From Balanoglossus misakiensis (Eukaryota > Animalia > Hemichordata), in assembly GCA_040954595.2 (NCBI GenBank), contig CM082577.2, positions 13,585,903-13,649,902 on the forward strand: DNA of 64,000 nt. Direction: 5' to 3'. Below, one piece after another: positions 1 through 14,015 of the stretch. Made by a program: the position numbers and the translations under genes. Under the pieces are notes generated by a model, which was given only the letters and a program-made list of their open reading frames with translations, made no database searches and was not told the DNA's origin. Numbering within the stretch: position 1 is the first letter of the stretch; every line of letters begins with the position of its first letter.

Positions 1-70
1 AATCCATGCTGAAAGAGCACTGGGTACAGGTATCACCAACAACACTCCAACACAAACCACCAGTAAAAAA

Positions 71-275
71 GAGAAAGTCTAGCGCATCTATGACTAGTGT
101 TACATAGAACTGGTGTACGAAAAATTAATTGTAGTTCCTCACATAATACTTACCTTGATGTCTCCGAGAGAAAGTCTACTAGTGCATCTATGACTAGTGT
201 TGCATAATTAGAACTGTTGTATGAAAAATTAATTGTAGTTCCTCATGGCAATACTGTACTTACCTTGATGTGTCC
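71..275. repeat. ~100-bp imperfect tandem duplication
   Basis: GAGAAAGTCTA...ATCTATGACTAGTGTT...AAAATTAATTGTAGTTCCTCA...TACTTACCTTGATG occurs twice (from 71 and 168). Each copy carries a minus-strand splice-donor-like GTAAGTA. Confidence 0.8.
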
Positions 276-1487
276 GTGGACTCAGGACTCCGTGAATATC
301 TGCAAAGCAAAAGGAAGTATTAAAATAGTATGTAATATAGTGTGTAATATACTGTAGTGTGTGAAAGGAATATTAAACAAATTGTGATACCGTACCACAT
401 ATGTGATAAACTGTACATTTGTAGTTTGTCTTTCTTTAACTTTGTTTAGCTTTTTGTATTACCTGTTAAATTAAAATATTACACAAGGTTGCACAGTTAA
501 AAGTTCATGTGTTTGCTTTTAATTTTTACAACTGTCAATTAACCTACCTTAGTACCATCAGATACACAAGATCTAAATAAATGACTGCATCCATCAACAG
601 CATGGAATATTGAGATACATCTACATGTATGATTAGTGATTACACCATCATGAACATTTGAAAAAAAATGTGTTCTGAATGATAAAAAAAACAATAATTC
701 GTTCAAGTCTAAAAATAAACAGTAGAAATGTAGAAATACAGTTTTACTCGACCCTTCACTGTACTGGTTTACGATTGAACGGGCAATTACATCGTTTGCC
801 AAAACGTTTACGTTTGTTGTGTTGATCAAACAATCGAAGGTCAAAATCACTTCCGGTTTATGCGTTAACGATCAGCCATTAAGCATGTTGCGTGATGAAC
901 GTAAACATTGTGACCCGTAGTACTTTTCTGGGGCTTTTCCTCCATTGCGACTTCATTTAATAACATCTATTTTTATCCCTTGTACATTTTAACTCCCCCA
1001 AAAGACCAGACATAAGATCTGACATTGTATTTGACGTTCAAACCTGTACTTTGATGGAATGTCCTCCGTCTGCAAAAAATTAGCCGCACATGTTGTCTGG
1101 TCCAGTAGTAGCGACAGCTTACGTACTTTTAAATTTGATACCATTCTCATCGGGAAAAACTCAAGAAAATTGTATAATCTATGAATGAATTATCGATTTT
1201 CGTAAAATTAAAAAAAAATACCGTTGCCGTGTTTTCGGCGGTAAAAGACCAAATAAAACGGTTTAATCTTCCGGTTTTCGCTGTTAAGATTCCTCGAGAC
1301 GTGATCGGATCTAATTATTAATTCATATAACCCTAACCCCGAGAGAAACGTGAGTTTTTATTGGCTAAAATGAAGGGGGTCACCGTTGCTAACGTTCGTT
1401 GCTAGCCTAATTAGCATATGATCTCAGGGAAATTCTTGTTCCGTCATACGCATGTGCACTACTCAGTTGACGCATAGAACATACGTG

Positions 1488-2697
1488 CGACCTAACTACA
1501 AGGTATCTTCTGCAGATTTCGTCAGAAGTTTGATAAGCACCCGTATGACCGCGAGACGTGGAACAGGACAGCCTGTGAGCGATTGCAACTCGCTAGCATC
1601 AAAGAGCATGAACAGACCGCCGCGCATCGAGACGCAGTTAGCCGTGAACTGGCGTCAGTAAGCAGTTCGAACATCGCAGAAGGTATGCAGCCAGAAGTAA
1701 AAAGCGACGCGATCACTTCAGCAGTTTAGAGGTCTTTATTTTTTTTAGCAAAACGCCGAATCCCACATACTACGAAATTTGAGCCCACTCTAGATTTACT
1801 CACGCAATTCGGGTTGTCTGTGAAAGAAGATTTACGCGTCACTAAGAGTACAACGGTGAAGATACTGGTGTACTCGGACATTCGATCCGCAATATTTGCG
1901 TAGAACTGTCTATTTTACCTTCGGAAACGAGTCCGTGCTTCAGCTACACTGCCATTTTTATACGCCAAGGATGAGCCGAACAACGCAGCAGATGCCGTGA
2001 ACGAGAGGTCAAATTTCAAGCATTGCGCGGAGAGTAGTCTACTGAAGCAGCCAGCCTTAGACTCCTGCGCGATCGTCAACTTGTTATGCACCACGCGGAC
2101 TTTGTAATTGATGTTTCTTGTTATCACGAAGCTCACCCATATTTACAGAGTGTTGCCGTGTCCATTTACCACAGTTTGCTGTACCAGAGCCTTTTGCAAG
2201 TACACCATCAAAGACGATCACAGAGTCAAGAAGGGAAATCTCTCAAAGAGTTCAACCAGAGGGTTGTGATTATCCGAAGATAGATAATGGTGCATGTTCT
2301 TCAAACTTCAAAAGCAAAGAAATGACATCAAAACAGTGTCACAAGGTTTCCCTTCTAAGATCTATACGAGGAAAATGTATCCATGATGAAAGATCCGCGA
2401 GTTAAAGATAAAGCCGTTTGGAAGGCAATATCTGACAAACTTCGGCTATTCTGCTGACTCCTGACTGAAAATACCTTAATCTGAAGGCAACGTTTACAGC
2501 TAGAACAGACCACAACAACACCACCGGTAGTAGCAGGAAAAGTTGCCCATTCTATGACGAGTTTGCACAAATTTACAGCATGAGTCATTCTGTTCGCCCA
2601 CCTCTGGTGCATGCAAATCGGAAGGAATTGAACGGAGGAGTGAAACTGAACGTCAAGATGGGACTGGTGTCGAAAATCAGAATGGAGCAGGAGATGG
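1488..2697 (+). repeat. Copy 1 of a chimeric module (hAT N-terminal fragment + unknown spacer + Myb/SANT fragment)
   Basis: Aligns by eye with 7234-8445 from CGACCTAACTACAAGG to CAGAATGGAGCAGGAGA, with substitutions and indels. Confidence 0.9.
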
Positions 2698-3754
2698 CAG
2701 TCGCTGTGATAAGAAATGTAACGTTCGATACTGCGTATCTGAACATTATAAATATTCATGAGCAAGGAAAGGGGCGAGTTTATTTTGCATATCAATACCC
2801 ATAGTAGAGCGCGAGCTCAATTCAAAATCATGTAAATAGATGACGTGCATACCATTAACCTTTAGTAGTCAGGAGACGCTTGATTTGTTTATATACCGTC
2901 ATTTTAGAGAAATTGTCGACCTTTGTGAAAGTAGGAAGAAGAGATATATTGTGGGCTTTACCACAAGTTTGTAGCAACTTCGCATACAAATGATGATGAT
3001 GTGCAACGGACGGTCACAAGACGTCGATCAGTTCAGTGCTTGGTCTTTTTGCATCTACGCCAAGTAAAAGCACGAGTTTTACGCCGCCGAATAGTCGATT
3101 GCTACCTTCACGGTTCGTAACAATGACATCGTTATGAGGTGTTTGTAGTATCGATCTCACTGGCATGCCAGCTCGGAGACGTCTGTTTCACTGCAGTTGT
3201 AAAACGCCCCTGTGTGAAAACATCAAAGGGATTGTGAACGCCACCGTATTCTCGCAATTACATTTTGTATGTAGGCAGTGTACAAGGATAGCGACGACTT
3301 TGGCGAAATCGTTCACTGAATTTCAATGGAAGTTTAAGACAACCAAAGACAAGATTGTCGAAAAACACTATGTAACACCGAAGAAAAGGATTAAATTCTA
3401 GATGGAACCAAACAGTACAAAAACATTATATTAAAGAAGATTGTCAGATTGATCAATGTGTAACCATAAGCATATGAGAAAGATTCAGTGTCTATACACA
3501 GCAGTGTTATTGTTGACATTTTGATTTTAGTCTGGGCTAGAATGTACTTTTCAACAATAACAAGTTGACAGACTTAACACATTTACAGGCCAAAAGTTAA
3601 AAAGCTCTCAGGAGTAGAACAGGATTTTGCAATTGACACACAGAAGCTGAACGTGATGAAAAATGTGATCTTGTATAAATATGTTGACATTCACATACAT
3701 TTAATTTTAGGTTTCTCTCAAGTATCCAAATTCTGGAGCAAGTACTTTCAGTCT

Positions 3755-4362
3755 AGATATCAAAGAACATGAACAGACCACCGTGCATCACAACGCAGTT
3801 ACGCAGTTAGCCGTGAACTGGCATCAGTAAGCAGTTCCAACATGGCGCAGAAGTTATGCAGTCGGAAGTAAAAAGCGACGCGATCTCTTCAGCATTTAGA
3901 GTTTTGTATTTTTTAGCACAACGCCGAATCCCGCATACTACGAACTTTGAACCCACTCTACATTTACTCACAGAACTCGGATTGTCTGTGGAAGAAGATA
4001 TACGCGTCACTAAGAGTACAACGGTGAAGATACTGGTGTACTCGGACATTTTCGCATATTCGATCTGCAAAACCTGTGTAGTACTGTCGATGTTACCTTC
4101 GGAAACGAGTCCGTGCTTCAGCTACATTGCCATTTTTACACCCCAAGGACGAAGCGAACAACACAGCAGATGCCGTGAACGAGTGGTCGAATTTTAAGCA
4201 TTACGCAGAGAGCATCCACCCTTAGACTCCGGTGAGATCATCAACTTGTTTTGCACCACGCGGACTTTGCAGTTTCTCGTTATCACGAAGCTCGTCCGTA
4301 TTTACAGAGTGTTGCATCAAAGAAGATCACAGAGTCAATGAGGGAAACCCCCCAAAGAGTTG
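3755..4362 (+). repeat. Copy 2 (partial, more diverged) of the same chimeric module
   Basis: Shares ...CATGAACAGACC...GTAAAAAGCGACGCGATC...CGGAAACGAGTCCGTGCTTCAGC...; encodes SAFRVLYFLAQRRIPHTTNFEP. Confidence 0.85.
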
Positions 4363-6029
4363 AAAGCAAACAAATACACATAGAAGATCACTTTTGGTTG
4401 TTGTGTTTGTACTTGTAGGACATCCATTTCGGGTGGTTGCCTAATTCCCCATATCTCCACATCCAGAGCAAATACAGCCTGCGCATTTGAATGGTACAAC
4501 ACTGAATGGAGTCTAATGGTTATTATCTCTTTGCTTGGGCCCCTTCTTATCTCTTGGTTTCCATGCTTCTGGATTCACAATGGCATATATTACTCTAATA
4601 TGGTTTTGTCAAAATTGCGACTTCCTGGCTGTCCCTTAAACATGTACGATTTTGTTATAAGGTGTGGCGCACAAATGAAAATATCTCTGGTCTGCAGTTG
4701 CCAAAAGCATGTTTATTCCCAAAAAGAAGGTTCACACAATAGTTTTAGAGCTATCTCGTTCATCATTCACCTGGAACATGAGTGAATTTTCTCGAAAAAT
4801 TAAGAGATTTTTAAGACACCAGTTGACTTTGCAGAAGAGTGCAATAGGCTGCTGGAATCGGGAAGAACTCAAGATGGAGAGACAAGCTCATCACCTTGCA
4901 GTAATGTGTCAGTGTCAAATGTGGAATTATCTGATGAGGATGACATAAATGGAGAGGAAAAGAGCCCGAGTGCAGAACCAAATACCTCAGTGTAAGTGTT
5001 GAGGCTAACAAATATATTGTCAGTTTCCAGTAACCAAACCTACCCCACAAACCCCTGACACTATAAACATTTTTTGAACAACTTGAAATTCCTGTGAGAA
5101 TCCAACATAAGTGTTGCTTCTTTTTATGGCAAACATGTTCTGCATCGTATAATTCATTACATTTTCTAAGCGTACTGGTACATACAAAATCACAATCACA
5201 AGCCAGAAACTCTGTTGTGTTGGGAGTTCTTAGCTCATCGATATGATTTTTGGCTTGAACATTTTTTAAAAGGTAAATTACATTTCTAACAGCACAGCCG
5301 ATAAATATCTAGCAATGGACATGTCATGAAAATAGCAAAACGTGTCATGTTTTTCCCCAGATTAAAATGATGAATTCATTTATCTTGGAAGTTGCAAAGT
5401 AATCTGGGACGTATTGCTTGATAAGTCTCTCATCAGACTCTAGTGACAACGAAATAATACAAAATGCGTTTAAGAATGATGCATGATGTCTGAGTGAGAT
5501 ATGTGAAACTACATTTGTTCCCGACGTATCTATATATTTGCTTTTTCACAAAAAGAAGTAATTCTGTGTATTTTTGTTTTATCCACATCTCAAACTCCTA
5601 GGACAACAAAATCAAGGAAGCGGAAACGACTATGTGATCAAGCCAGAACAATGGCCATACCATCTTTAAGAAAGCGACAAAAAATGCAGGAAAAAGTTGC
5701 CTAAATTGACGAAGATACAGAAGCTATGAAGATAAGTGTCAGGAATAATCATATAGGTATGTAAACTTGAATCAAGCTTAGACACTAGAAGTGGCAGCTT
5801 GTGTCTTTCTAGAAAGATATGTTTTATATGGTGGTAACTAAATTCAACTAGAAAGTTCCATATTGTAAAACATGCACAGCTAAAGTAATATTATGTGCAT
5901 TTAGCAATACACTTGTAATAGTAACTTCCAGTAACGATATCAATGCAGAAAAAGATTTTCTGTTTTTAAGAGTAATGTTTATAAATATAGTTGACAATGG
6001 TATTTGAAACTTCACCACTTTATAGGTAC

Positions 6030-6198
6030 ATATCTTATTAGCATTGGATCAATAGAAGTTGGAAAAAAGATCTGTGAAGTCAATGAAGATTGTGTGAAGC
6101 GCCTGCAGGAATATATGGAGGAGTATTATAATGAAGCGTATCAGCCACTTGCTGTCGTTTTAGAAGGAGAAAGCAAGCAAAAATTCAGAGACAACAAT
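6030..6198 (+). pseudogene. Exon fragment of a ParB-like-domain gene (related to 32932-33421)
   Basis: EVNEDCVKRLQEYMEEYYNEAYQPLAVVLEGE resembles EPDQVFLKNLIEQMEDFADESYQPLCVIVDGE; ends at a GTAAGT donor (6199). Confidence 0.5.
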
Positions 6199-7065
6199 GT
6201 AAGTGACAAAAAAGTATTTTGCTGCCGTAGGCAAATGGCACATAATCACTACTTTCTTACATTTATGATATGAAATACAAACTATTTCTTACTTCTAAAG
6301 CTAACAGGGAAAGTGGTTTTATTCTGCATTTGCATGATTAGTCTTTATTTTGGCAGGTTAATATGTTATGCTATAATATTCTTAGCTCCTATTTACCATG
6401 TGTATGGCAAGCCAAGTTCTTATTGGCTGGAATATGTACATGTGCGTACATGTATATAACATAATAGTTTCCTCTACAAATATTTGGAATACAATGGATG
6501 GATCACCTTTTGTGATCTTTCTAGTTGCACAATGGATTGAGATTATGTTTTACACTACCAGCATATTAGCTGAAACAAACATGAGAGTGATAAGTAAAAA
6601 TCTTGAAAACTGCTGGTTGGATTGATTTGAAAATTATATTCATAGATACGCCAGGCGTATGTAAACCCTGGTAGTTGTTTTCAAAACCCATGTCATTTCA
6701 ACGAAAATTTGCACAGACCATCTTTGACATAGGACACCTTTAAAAAGGCTGTAAAACTATGCTTGTTACCATGGAAAATTAATCTACTAGTCATATTTGA
6801 CCACCTAGGCAACCTACAATGTAATGGAATTCAGTGTGCTCCACCTTAAGAAGGTGTACTCCTGAGGAGGGTTTAGAGTTACATTAATGATTTGTTTACT
6901 TCACACATCATCCGCTATGACCTGTCAATCAAAAAAGTTGGTCAAAATAATATAAATGGCAACACATTCTCGACTATTGCAACTGAGCAAGAGAGAGGTA
7001 TTTTATCTGTCAGTTGCTAGTATTTATGTCAGAGCTAATTCAACAGCCATCTCTACGAAACTACC

Positions 7066-7600
7066 ATGTCTATGCTGAAGTGCATCTCTCCGTCAAAGCG
7101 CAAGTTGTCAGCTCATTCCAAGAATGTCAACATTCGCGTAGATGATCAGATTGAGAAACCGCACACACAGCCTTGTCAGGCGTCCAACTTTGGCTCTGAA
7201 TGGCTAACCGGTCGCGAATCGTGGTTGTACTTTCGACCTAACTACAAGGTATCTTCTGCAGATTTCGTCAGAAGTTTGATAAGCACCCGTATGACCGCGA
7301 GACGTGGAACAGGACAGCCTGTGAGCGATTGCAACTCGCTAGCATCAAAGAGCATGAACAGACCCGCCGCACATCGAGACGCAGTGAACTGGCGTCAGTA
7401 AGCAGTTCGAACATCGCAGAAGGTATGCAGCCAGAAGTAAAAAGCGACGAAAAGCAACGCGATCACTTCAGTAGTTAAGAGTTCTTTATTTTTTTTAGCA
7501 AAATGCCGTATCCCACATATTACGAACTTTGAGCCCACTCTAGATTTACTCATGCAACTCGGGTTGTCAGTGAAAGAAGATTTATGCGTCAGTAAGAATA
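7066..7600 (+). pseudogene. hAT (ZNF862-like) transposase N-terminal fragment, frameshifted
   Basis: Across frameshifts: SEWLTGRESWLYF..QGIFCRFRQKFDKHPYDRETWNRTACERLQLASIKEHEQT.AHRDAV (TTF-type zinc finger), then LFFLAK.RIPH.TNFEP.LDLL. Confidence 0.7.
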
Positions 7601-8039
7601 CATCGATGAAGATACTGGTGCAGTACTCGGACAATTTCGCATATTCGATCCGGAAAACCTGCGTAGTACTGTCTATTGTACCTTGAGTTCGGAAACGAGA
7701 CCGTGCTTCAGCTACATTGCCATTTTTGCACGCCAAGGATGAGCCGAACAACGCAGCCGATGCTGTGAACAAGTGGTCGAATTTCAAGCATTGTGCGAAG
7801 ATTAGCCAGCCTTAGACTCCGGTGCGATCGTCAACTTGTTATGCACCACACGGACTTTGCAGTCAATTTTTCTTGTTATCACGAAGCTCACCCATATTTA
7901 CAGAGTGTTGCCGTGTCCATTTACCACAGTTTGCTGTACCAGAGCCTTTCGCAAGTACACCATCAAAGACGATCACAGAGTCAAGAAGGGAAATCTCTCA
8001 CAGAGTTCAACCAGAGGGTTGTGATTATCCGAAGATAGA

Positions 8040-8673
8040 TAATGGTGCATGTTCTTCAAACATCAAAAGCGAAGAAATGACATCAAAACAGTGTCACAAG
8101 GTTTCCCTTCTAAGATCTATATGAGGAAAATGTATCCATGATGAAAGATCCGCGAGTTAAAAATAAAGCCGTTTGGAAGGCAATATCTGATAAACTTCGG
8201 TTATTCTGCTGACTCCTGTGAACGGATATCTGAAGGCAACGTTTACAGCTAGAACCGACCACAACAACACCACCGGTAATAGCAGGAAAAGTTGCCCATT
8301 CTATGACGAGTTTGCACAAATTTACGGCATGAGTCATTCTGTTCGCCCACCTCTGCTGCATTCAAATCGGAAGGTATTTGAACTGAGGAGGGAAACTGAA
8401 AGTCGAGATGGGACCGGCGCCGAAAATCAGAATGGAGCAGGAGAAGGTCGAGAGATGACGATGGATCTACCAATAAGCAGCAGGGGAAAGAAAAGAAGGA
8501 GGTGTGCATCAGATTTGTTTCTATCTACCTTCGAGGAATATAGAAAAGAGAGACGAGAAAGAGAAGCTGAAAAGAAAGAAATGATGGAAAGATGGCAAGC
8601 AGAGAACAATCGCACTATGAACTGTTTTCTTGACATTTTTGAGAAGTTTGCAGAAAAAATAATTAGGGTTTAA
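8040..8673 (+). pseudogene. Myb/SANT-like (trihelix) DNA-binding protein, typical PIF/Harbinger accessory ORF
   Basis: MTSKQC...; DHNNTTGNSRKSCPFYDEFAQIYG; charged coiled-coil tail (EEYRKERREREAEKKEMMERW). The 5' part is disrupted. Confidence 0.7.
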
Positions 8674-9585
8674 ATTAATTGCATTTCAATGAACTAATGA
8701 ATTTCAAAACATTTTACAGTTGTAGCGATTTGGTAAGACATGATAATGAGCAATTTGCTTCAGTATTGTATTTATTTATTCATAGGCCTAAAGCAGAAGT
8801 ATGACACCTTCATTTTTTCTTAGATACGAACAACTTCTTTGCATGAAACGTTGCAATTTATGACAGTAAGAAAGTATTTTACCTGACAAAAGTTAAGTAT
8901 TGTATTCTATTTCTTCAAATCGTAAATAAAGTCTATGGTTGAGATTGTACAATTTGACAAAAAGAGACGAAGTTGTTATCTATCAGTATGTTAAAATGCA
9001 ACACACCTATGCATTCTGTCTTCGCCCAATAGTCATGATAGTACTGTAAAGGGGACATACTACAATGTTGTATGTCTGTTGATATGTTAACATTTGTCCG
9101 TCTGTGTCCTCTCATCTCGAAAATGCATGGACTGTTCTCTCTTATCAGAAAACAGTGTTTATACCCCTGTCATACACTGTAAGAGTTACTGTATTATCAG
9201 ATTGCATTTGGCTATTAATACAACACTATGCCGAAGCGCCTGCGAGAGGTCATCAGGAGAAGGGGTGGACATACCCATTATTGACAATTGTTACTTTGGT
9301 TACGTTCAATTTCACTTCATGAAAATTCAGGACGTTCTTTGCATTGTTGTTTCCATAGAGAATGGAACGTCTTGCCGACTCCGTCGCATATCTATTTTTA
9401 CGTTGATATTTCTCACTTAAATTTAATCGCACATGAAAGATTTTTGTTGTATGACTGTTATTTCTCGTGAATTAATTAAATATTTTTGAATTTTCGCTAA
9501 AAACTGTCTGCAAGGTGTGTTATTTCATGTTTCAGAAACGTTTTCAACTGCAGAACGTGGGTGCGTAAATACTTATTGGTGGGTC

Positions 9586-9662
9586 TGTATGTATGTATGT
9601 ATGTATGTATGTATGTATGTATGTATGTATGTATGTATGTATGTATGTATGTATGTATGTAT
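9586..9662. repeat. (TGTA)n microsatellite
   Basis: About 19 perfect TGTA units. Confidence 0.98.
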
Positions 9663-9745
9663 ATACATTCATGTATAAATGGATGTATGCTAATTCAATT
9701 AGGTTTGTAGCTGTATAACGCTTGTGTATGTTTAATTTCAGAATT

Positions 9746-10078
9746 ATGCCAGGTCCTTCGCAAGCACTCAGGGAGACTAGTAATAATTCCTATCTACAAT
9801 GTCTTCGATGTAAAAAAAAATGTCTCAAAAGATATAATTTAAAACGTCACATGATAACCCACACCGAAAATAAGGAGTTTGCCTGCCATAACTGCAAATA
9901 TCATTCAAATAGGGTAGACAACATAAAACGCCATTTGGATAACACGGAACGAGAGCAACCACGCCAAAAACACACCTGCGATATTTGTTCTCGTTCATTC
10001 AATCGGAAAGATAACATGAAGCGACACGCAAATGATTATCATCATCATTTATCCACCGACAAATATATACCGAAATGA
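9746..10078 (+). CDS. Short ORF or exon with three C2H2 zinc fingers
   Basis: CLRC..KRYNLKRHMITH; CHNCKY..NRVDNIKRH; CDICSRSFNRKDNMKRHANDYH. Preceded by a TTTCAG acceptor. Degraded relatives at ~12000-12190 and ~18850-19040. Function unproven. Confidence 0.6.
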   Translation: MPGPSQALRETSNNSYLQCLRCKKKCLKRYNLKRHMITHTENKEFACHNCKYHSNRVDNIKRHLDNTEREQPRQKHTCDICSRSFNRKDNMKRHANDYHHHLSTDKYIPK

Positions 10079-13000
10079 GCATGAGCGGCTCAAGCCAACC
10101 AACAATGGCATCAATCCAAAGTTTGCTGAAGAGTATGAATAGGAAAATGGAATTAAATGGGAAGAAAATAGACAGCTTAATAAAGGACCAAACTGAAACA
10201 AGAAAAATAATTGCATCTCCGAGGGAGACAACCCAGGAACGCGCCCAGAGAGGACAGAAGAGGGGAAGTCGTCCGACCTCCATTGACGCAGGAGAGATGA
10301 GGGGACACACCAGGGGGATTTGACGCCTTCTTCAACCCTCAGTCATGTGCTGAAGAATGTCGAGTTGAGGAGGCCCCAGCTACCATCGACGACCTTGCCA
10401 ACTATGATGTTGGTGTTCCCCCCCGACTATAGAATACGAGTCGTTGGGGGACTCCAGGTGTTTTCAGAACCTGATCGCTTTCCATTAGAGTTAAGCTTAT
10501 ACAGTGTCGGTTTATTGAGATATGTATATTCGTTTGTATGACGCCATTGTTCTTTGCAACAACTTAAGTCACAGGTTAATCAATGTCTCAACATCATTGT
10601 ACTACCATTATAAGGTGGTATTACATGTCAGGGTTCGAACCGGTGTATATATACAATTTCACTCGATTAGGATTTTTATCCGCACTCTTGAAACTATTCG
10701 TACCTCTTTACCACTCAACTGGAAAAAGGAAATTCAGGAAATTTTTTAAGGGTAATTCGGACCTTAGCTCCGACGAGCATTCTTACTAGTTTGACTTCGT
10801 TTACGCGAAGCCCGATGAGGGAATCCTCCTTAACTGCCCATTGTTAAAAAAATGAAAAATGTGTTTTAAGTGTTGATGCAATCATTCAACAAGTGAACCA
10901 ATGTTTATCTTTTTCATGTGAATTATGCAAATTATGGATTGATTCCCTTTTAGTGCTGGGGGAGCTATTGGCACTCTCTCTCCAGTGTTTTCAAGTCTTT
11001 TTTGTCTTTAAGTGCTTCCAAGTTCCATTCATTTTTGTATCAGTGTTTTCTATGGACACCTTCAGTCCGAATCAAGGTTAAATATTAATAATTACTTTAA
11101 AATTAGTAAATAACATTGTGGCCTGTGTGTATGTGTCAACATTGTTTCCATGTACTTTTGTAATCCTATCTTTTTACTGAGCAGAATATTCAGGTCAGAG
11201 TGATGTGGAGGAATTGAGCATGGTATAAAATAACACCTGTTAACAATAGATTTCAATCAATCTCTATTTCCAACAGCAAGATGTCAGACACTTGTAAGCT
11301 TAGACAGACATAAAGAATAAACCTTCGAGATTCGATGCATCGCTTGACGTCCTGTTGTTGCTGAAAACCCATTAATCCATAAAGAAACATAGACCAAAGT
11401 CTCCCACAACTTTAATGAAGTTACTTCAATGATCCGACCTGGAGAAATAACAACATCTGGGACAATAAGAGAGTGGACCAACCTGTTAACAGACTGCTTT
11501 AGAAAGGAGGAGATGGAGTCCATGCGCATGCACATGCGCACTCACACATCACAAATACATACAAACACCACTTTGGTCGATGCTTCTCTATTGCTGAGGG
11601 GGTTTTCAGCATCATCTCATAACATATATCACGAGATGCAACATATCTCACAAGCCACAGGCTCTTTTGTCAATAATAATATTATTATTATTAGTAGTAG
11701 TAGTAGTAGTATTACGCAATGGGAATACCAACCATATACAAGAAACTCTATACAAAACTTTTCCAAAGTTGAGTGATGGGGGTTGGATCGGCAAAGCAGC
11801 AGTTGCAGGTGTTCACAATGGCACTGGTGGCATTTAGTGCTATAGAAATGTTGGGTACACAGTGCCATAACTAAGAGACGTCAGCCCACTGCGTCAAGCT
11901 GTTGGGTATATAATGCCCCTACAAGTTGCTCTGGACCTCACACCTGTGGCATCTCAAAAGGTAAGTAATTTTTTATTCATAGTGTCTGTATAATCATGGA
12001 TGTAAAAAAGGAGACATCCATAGTATAATTGAACATCTAATGCGCATATCATTGTAATAGGGCAGACAATATTAAACACCATTTAAAAGCAGTGCATGGG
12101 GATGAGACCAAACGAGAGCAACCCCTCCAAAATCGAGTGCACATACACCTGCAATGTTTGTTCTCGTTCCCTCAGTCGGAAAGATAATATGAATATAGAG
12201 ACTGGAGCGAAAGCAGTAAAGATACTTGAAGACAAAGGTCACAGACTTGTTTTCGTAACTGAAGGCAATGTTACAGATATTTTGTATGAACTAAACAAAA
12301 CTTGAACTTTGACTGTTCTGTGGTTGTTCAGACCATTTTTTCCTCAACAGAAGTGTTGTTTTGTCAACTGCTGTAACTTTCAATGAATTTCTTTTGCATT
12401 TTTGTTTTTAATGTCAATAAAAGTTCTTTGTTCTAATCCCACAAATAAGTTGATTTAGGCATACAGGATATGCATGTCACATGAGCCTGTGCATGTGTAG
12501 ATTGCTTTGTTATTGTTGGCAGGAGAATTCTTGTCAGGATGAACATTCATATGTAAACATACATACGTTATTTTGAAAAGGTTGAGTTGTTGTTTGGATA
12601 TGCTTTGGTGAGTACAGATTTGATGCAAGAACTAGCAACTGACATATCATGAAATAAAAATAGTGAGAACATCAAAAGTAACAGCTGCTGGCCCTTTGTT
12701 TAAATTTATATCGCGAGTTTTGCTGAACTTAGGTAACAAAGGTTACTTGTTCAAATTTTGAAAGAAATTGCTCTGAAAACTGTTTATCTTTACATATGGG
12801 GTAACCATGCATGTATGTAATATGTATTATGCTGTATTCTGTGTGTGTCTGCTTAGACTACATAGGACAGTGTTGTTTGTGTTCAAAATCTTCCATGTAC
12901 ATGTAGGTTAGTGCAATGTTTAAGGCACATTTGCAGCAGGTTTTTTGTATGTTTTACTTCAGTATTCCAAACAAAAACAAAAAGTCACAGAAAATTGTGT

Positions 13001-13557
13001 TACCTTTCTACATTGGATTCACAGTGCAAGGTGACTGAGCCATATATCCATTATTTAACTCTAATTTCTGCATCTTATAGGTTAGACGTAAGGTTATTTG
13101 AAAAACATTTAGAGATTTATGCCATGGCTGCCAATTATAAAGAAAGAGTGTATAAGAAGTCAAACACAATGTCTATGGGCATATGTAAGCCTCATGTTCC
13201 TCCATACTGCTTCTATTTTTTTCAATCTTGAATTTGTGTTCCTCAAGACTTATTCATATGAGAACAATTCTAACTCAAAAAATATAGAATTTGGAGTGAA
13301 CGTCCCAGAGCTTTGAATTTGATTTGTTCCACTGTGAAGTAAATCAGCATCTACTCACAAAATGATACATCCATAGGTAAAATTAGAATAAAACAATCTG
13401 CTTGCTGCCTCTGTTGCTTGACCAACAAATTCCACAGACTAATTTTTTTCTCTCCAATTGCCAAATTTGCAAAGTTATATCATTGCTTCGTTCTATCCAT
13501 ATTATTGAGAAAGGGCCCAAATATTTCCATGACTTTTGTTGTATCAAAGTTTCTCTT

Positions 13558-14015
13558 GGCGCAAGACCTGTAATTTATTTCCCATAGACGACAATGGTAG
13601 CGTTGAGCTAAATATTCCTATTTTATAACATTCAGCGAGCTGAATCCCATTAACTGCAGTCAGAACATGGTCTGTTTGTGCACAGGCTAAATTTTCGTGC
13701 AGGCAAGTCCATGGATTTTTTTCGGGAGAGGTCAAAATAGCGCCCCCAGTGGTAATTTTGAAAAAATTTATGCCAAAGTGCACAGTCGCCTCATCTTGCA
13801 TTACTCCGCTGTGTACAACAACATTACACCACATTCTCTCACACCAGTGGGAATTTTGAATGCATCTCAAAATGCTCTCTCCAAAAATGCTACATATCCA
13901 TGGTAAATCCTATTGAGCATCAATTCAGGTCTCAAAGTATTAGGCAATGCACTACTTTTTTTACGGACTATCTTCGTGGGTAACGAACCAGGAAGTGAAT
14001 TACAGGTCTTGTGCC
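13558..14015. mobile_element. 458-bp KolobokP-like long terminal direct repeat (LTDR) with its own short inverted repeats, copy 1
   Basis: GGCGCAAGACCTGTAATT ... AATTACAGGTCTTGTGCC (17/18 inverted match), GG..CC ends, about 770 bp upstream of the transposase ATG. Confidence 0.7.

Noticed and set aside
539-850. Minus-strand ORF as a host gene start
   Set aside because: Splice-like signals lie nearby but no domain is recognisable; it cannot be supported from this window alone.
1328-1339. TAACCCTAACCC as a telomeric relic
   Set aside because: Only two units; too short to support.
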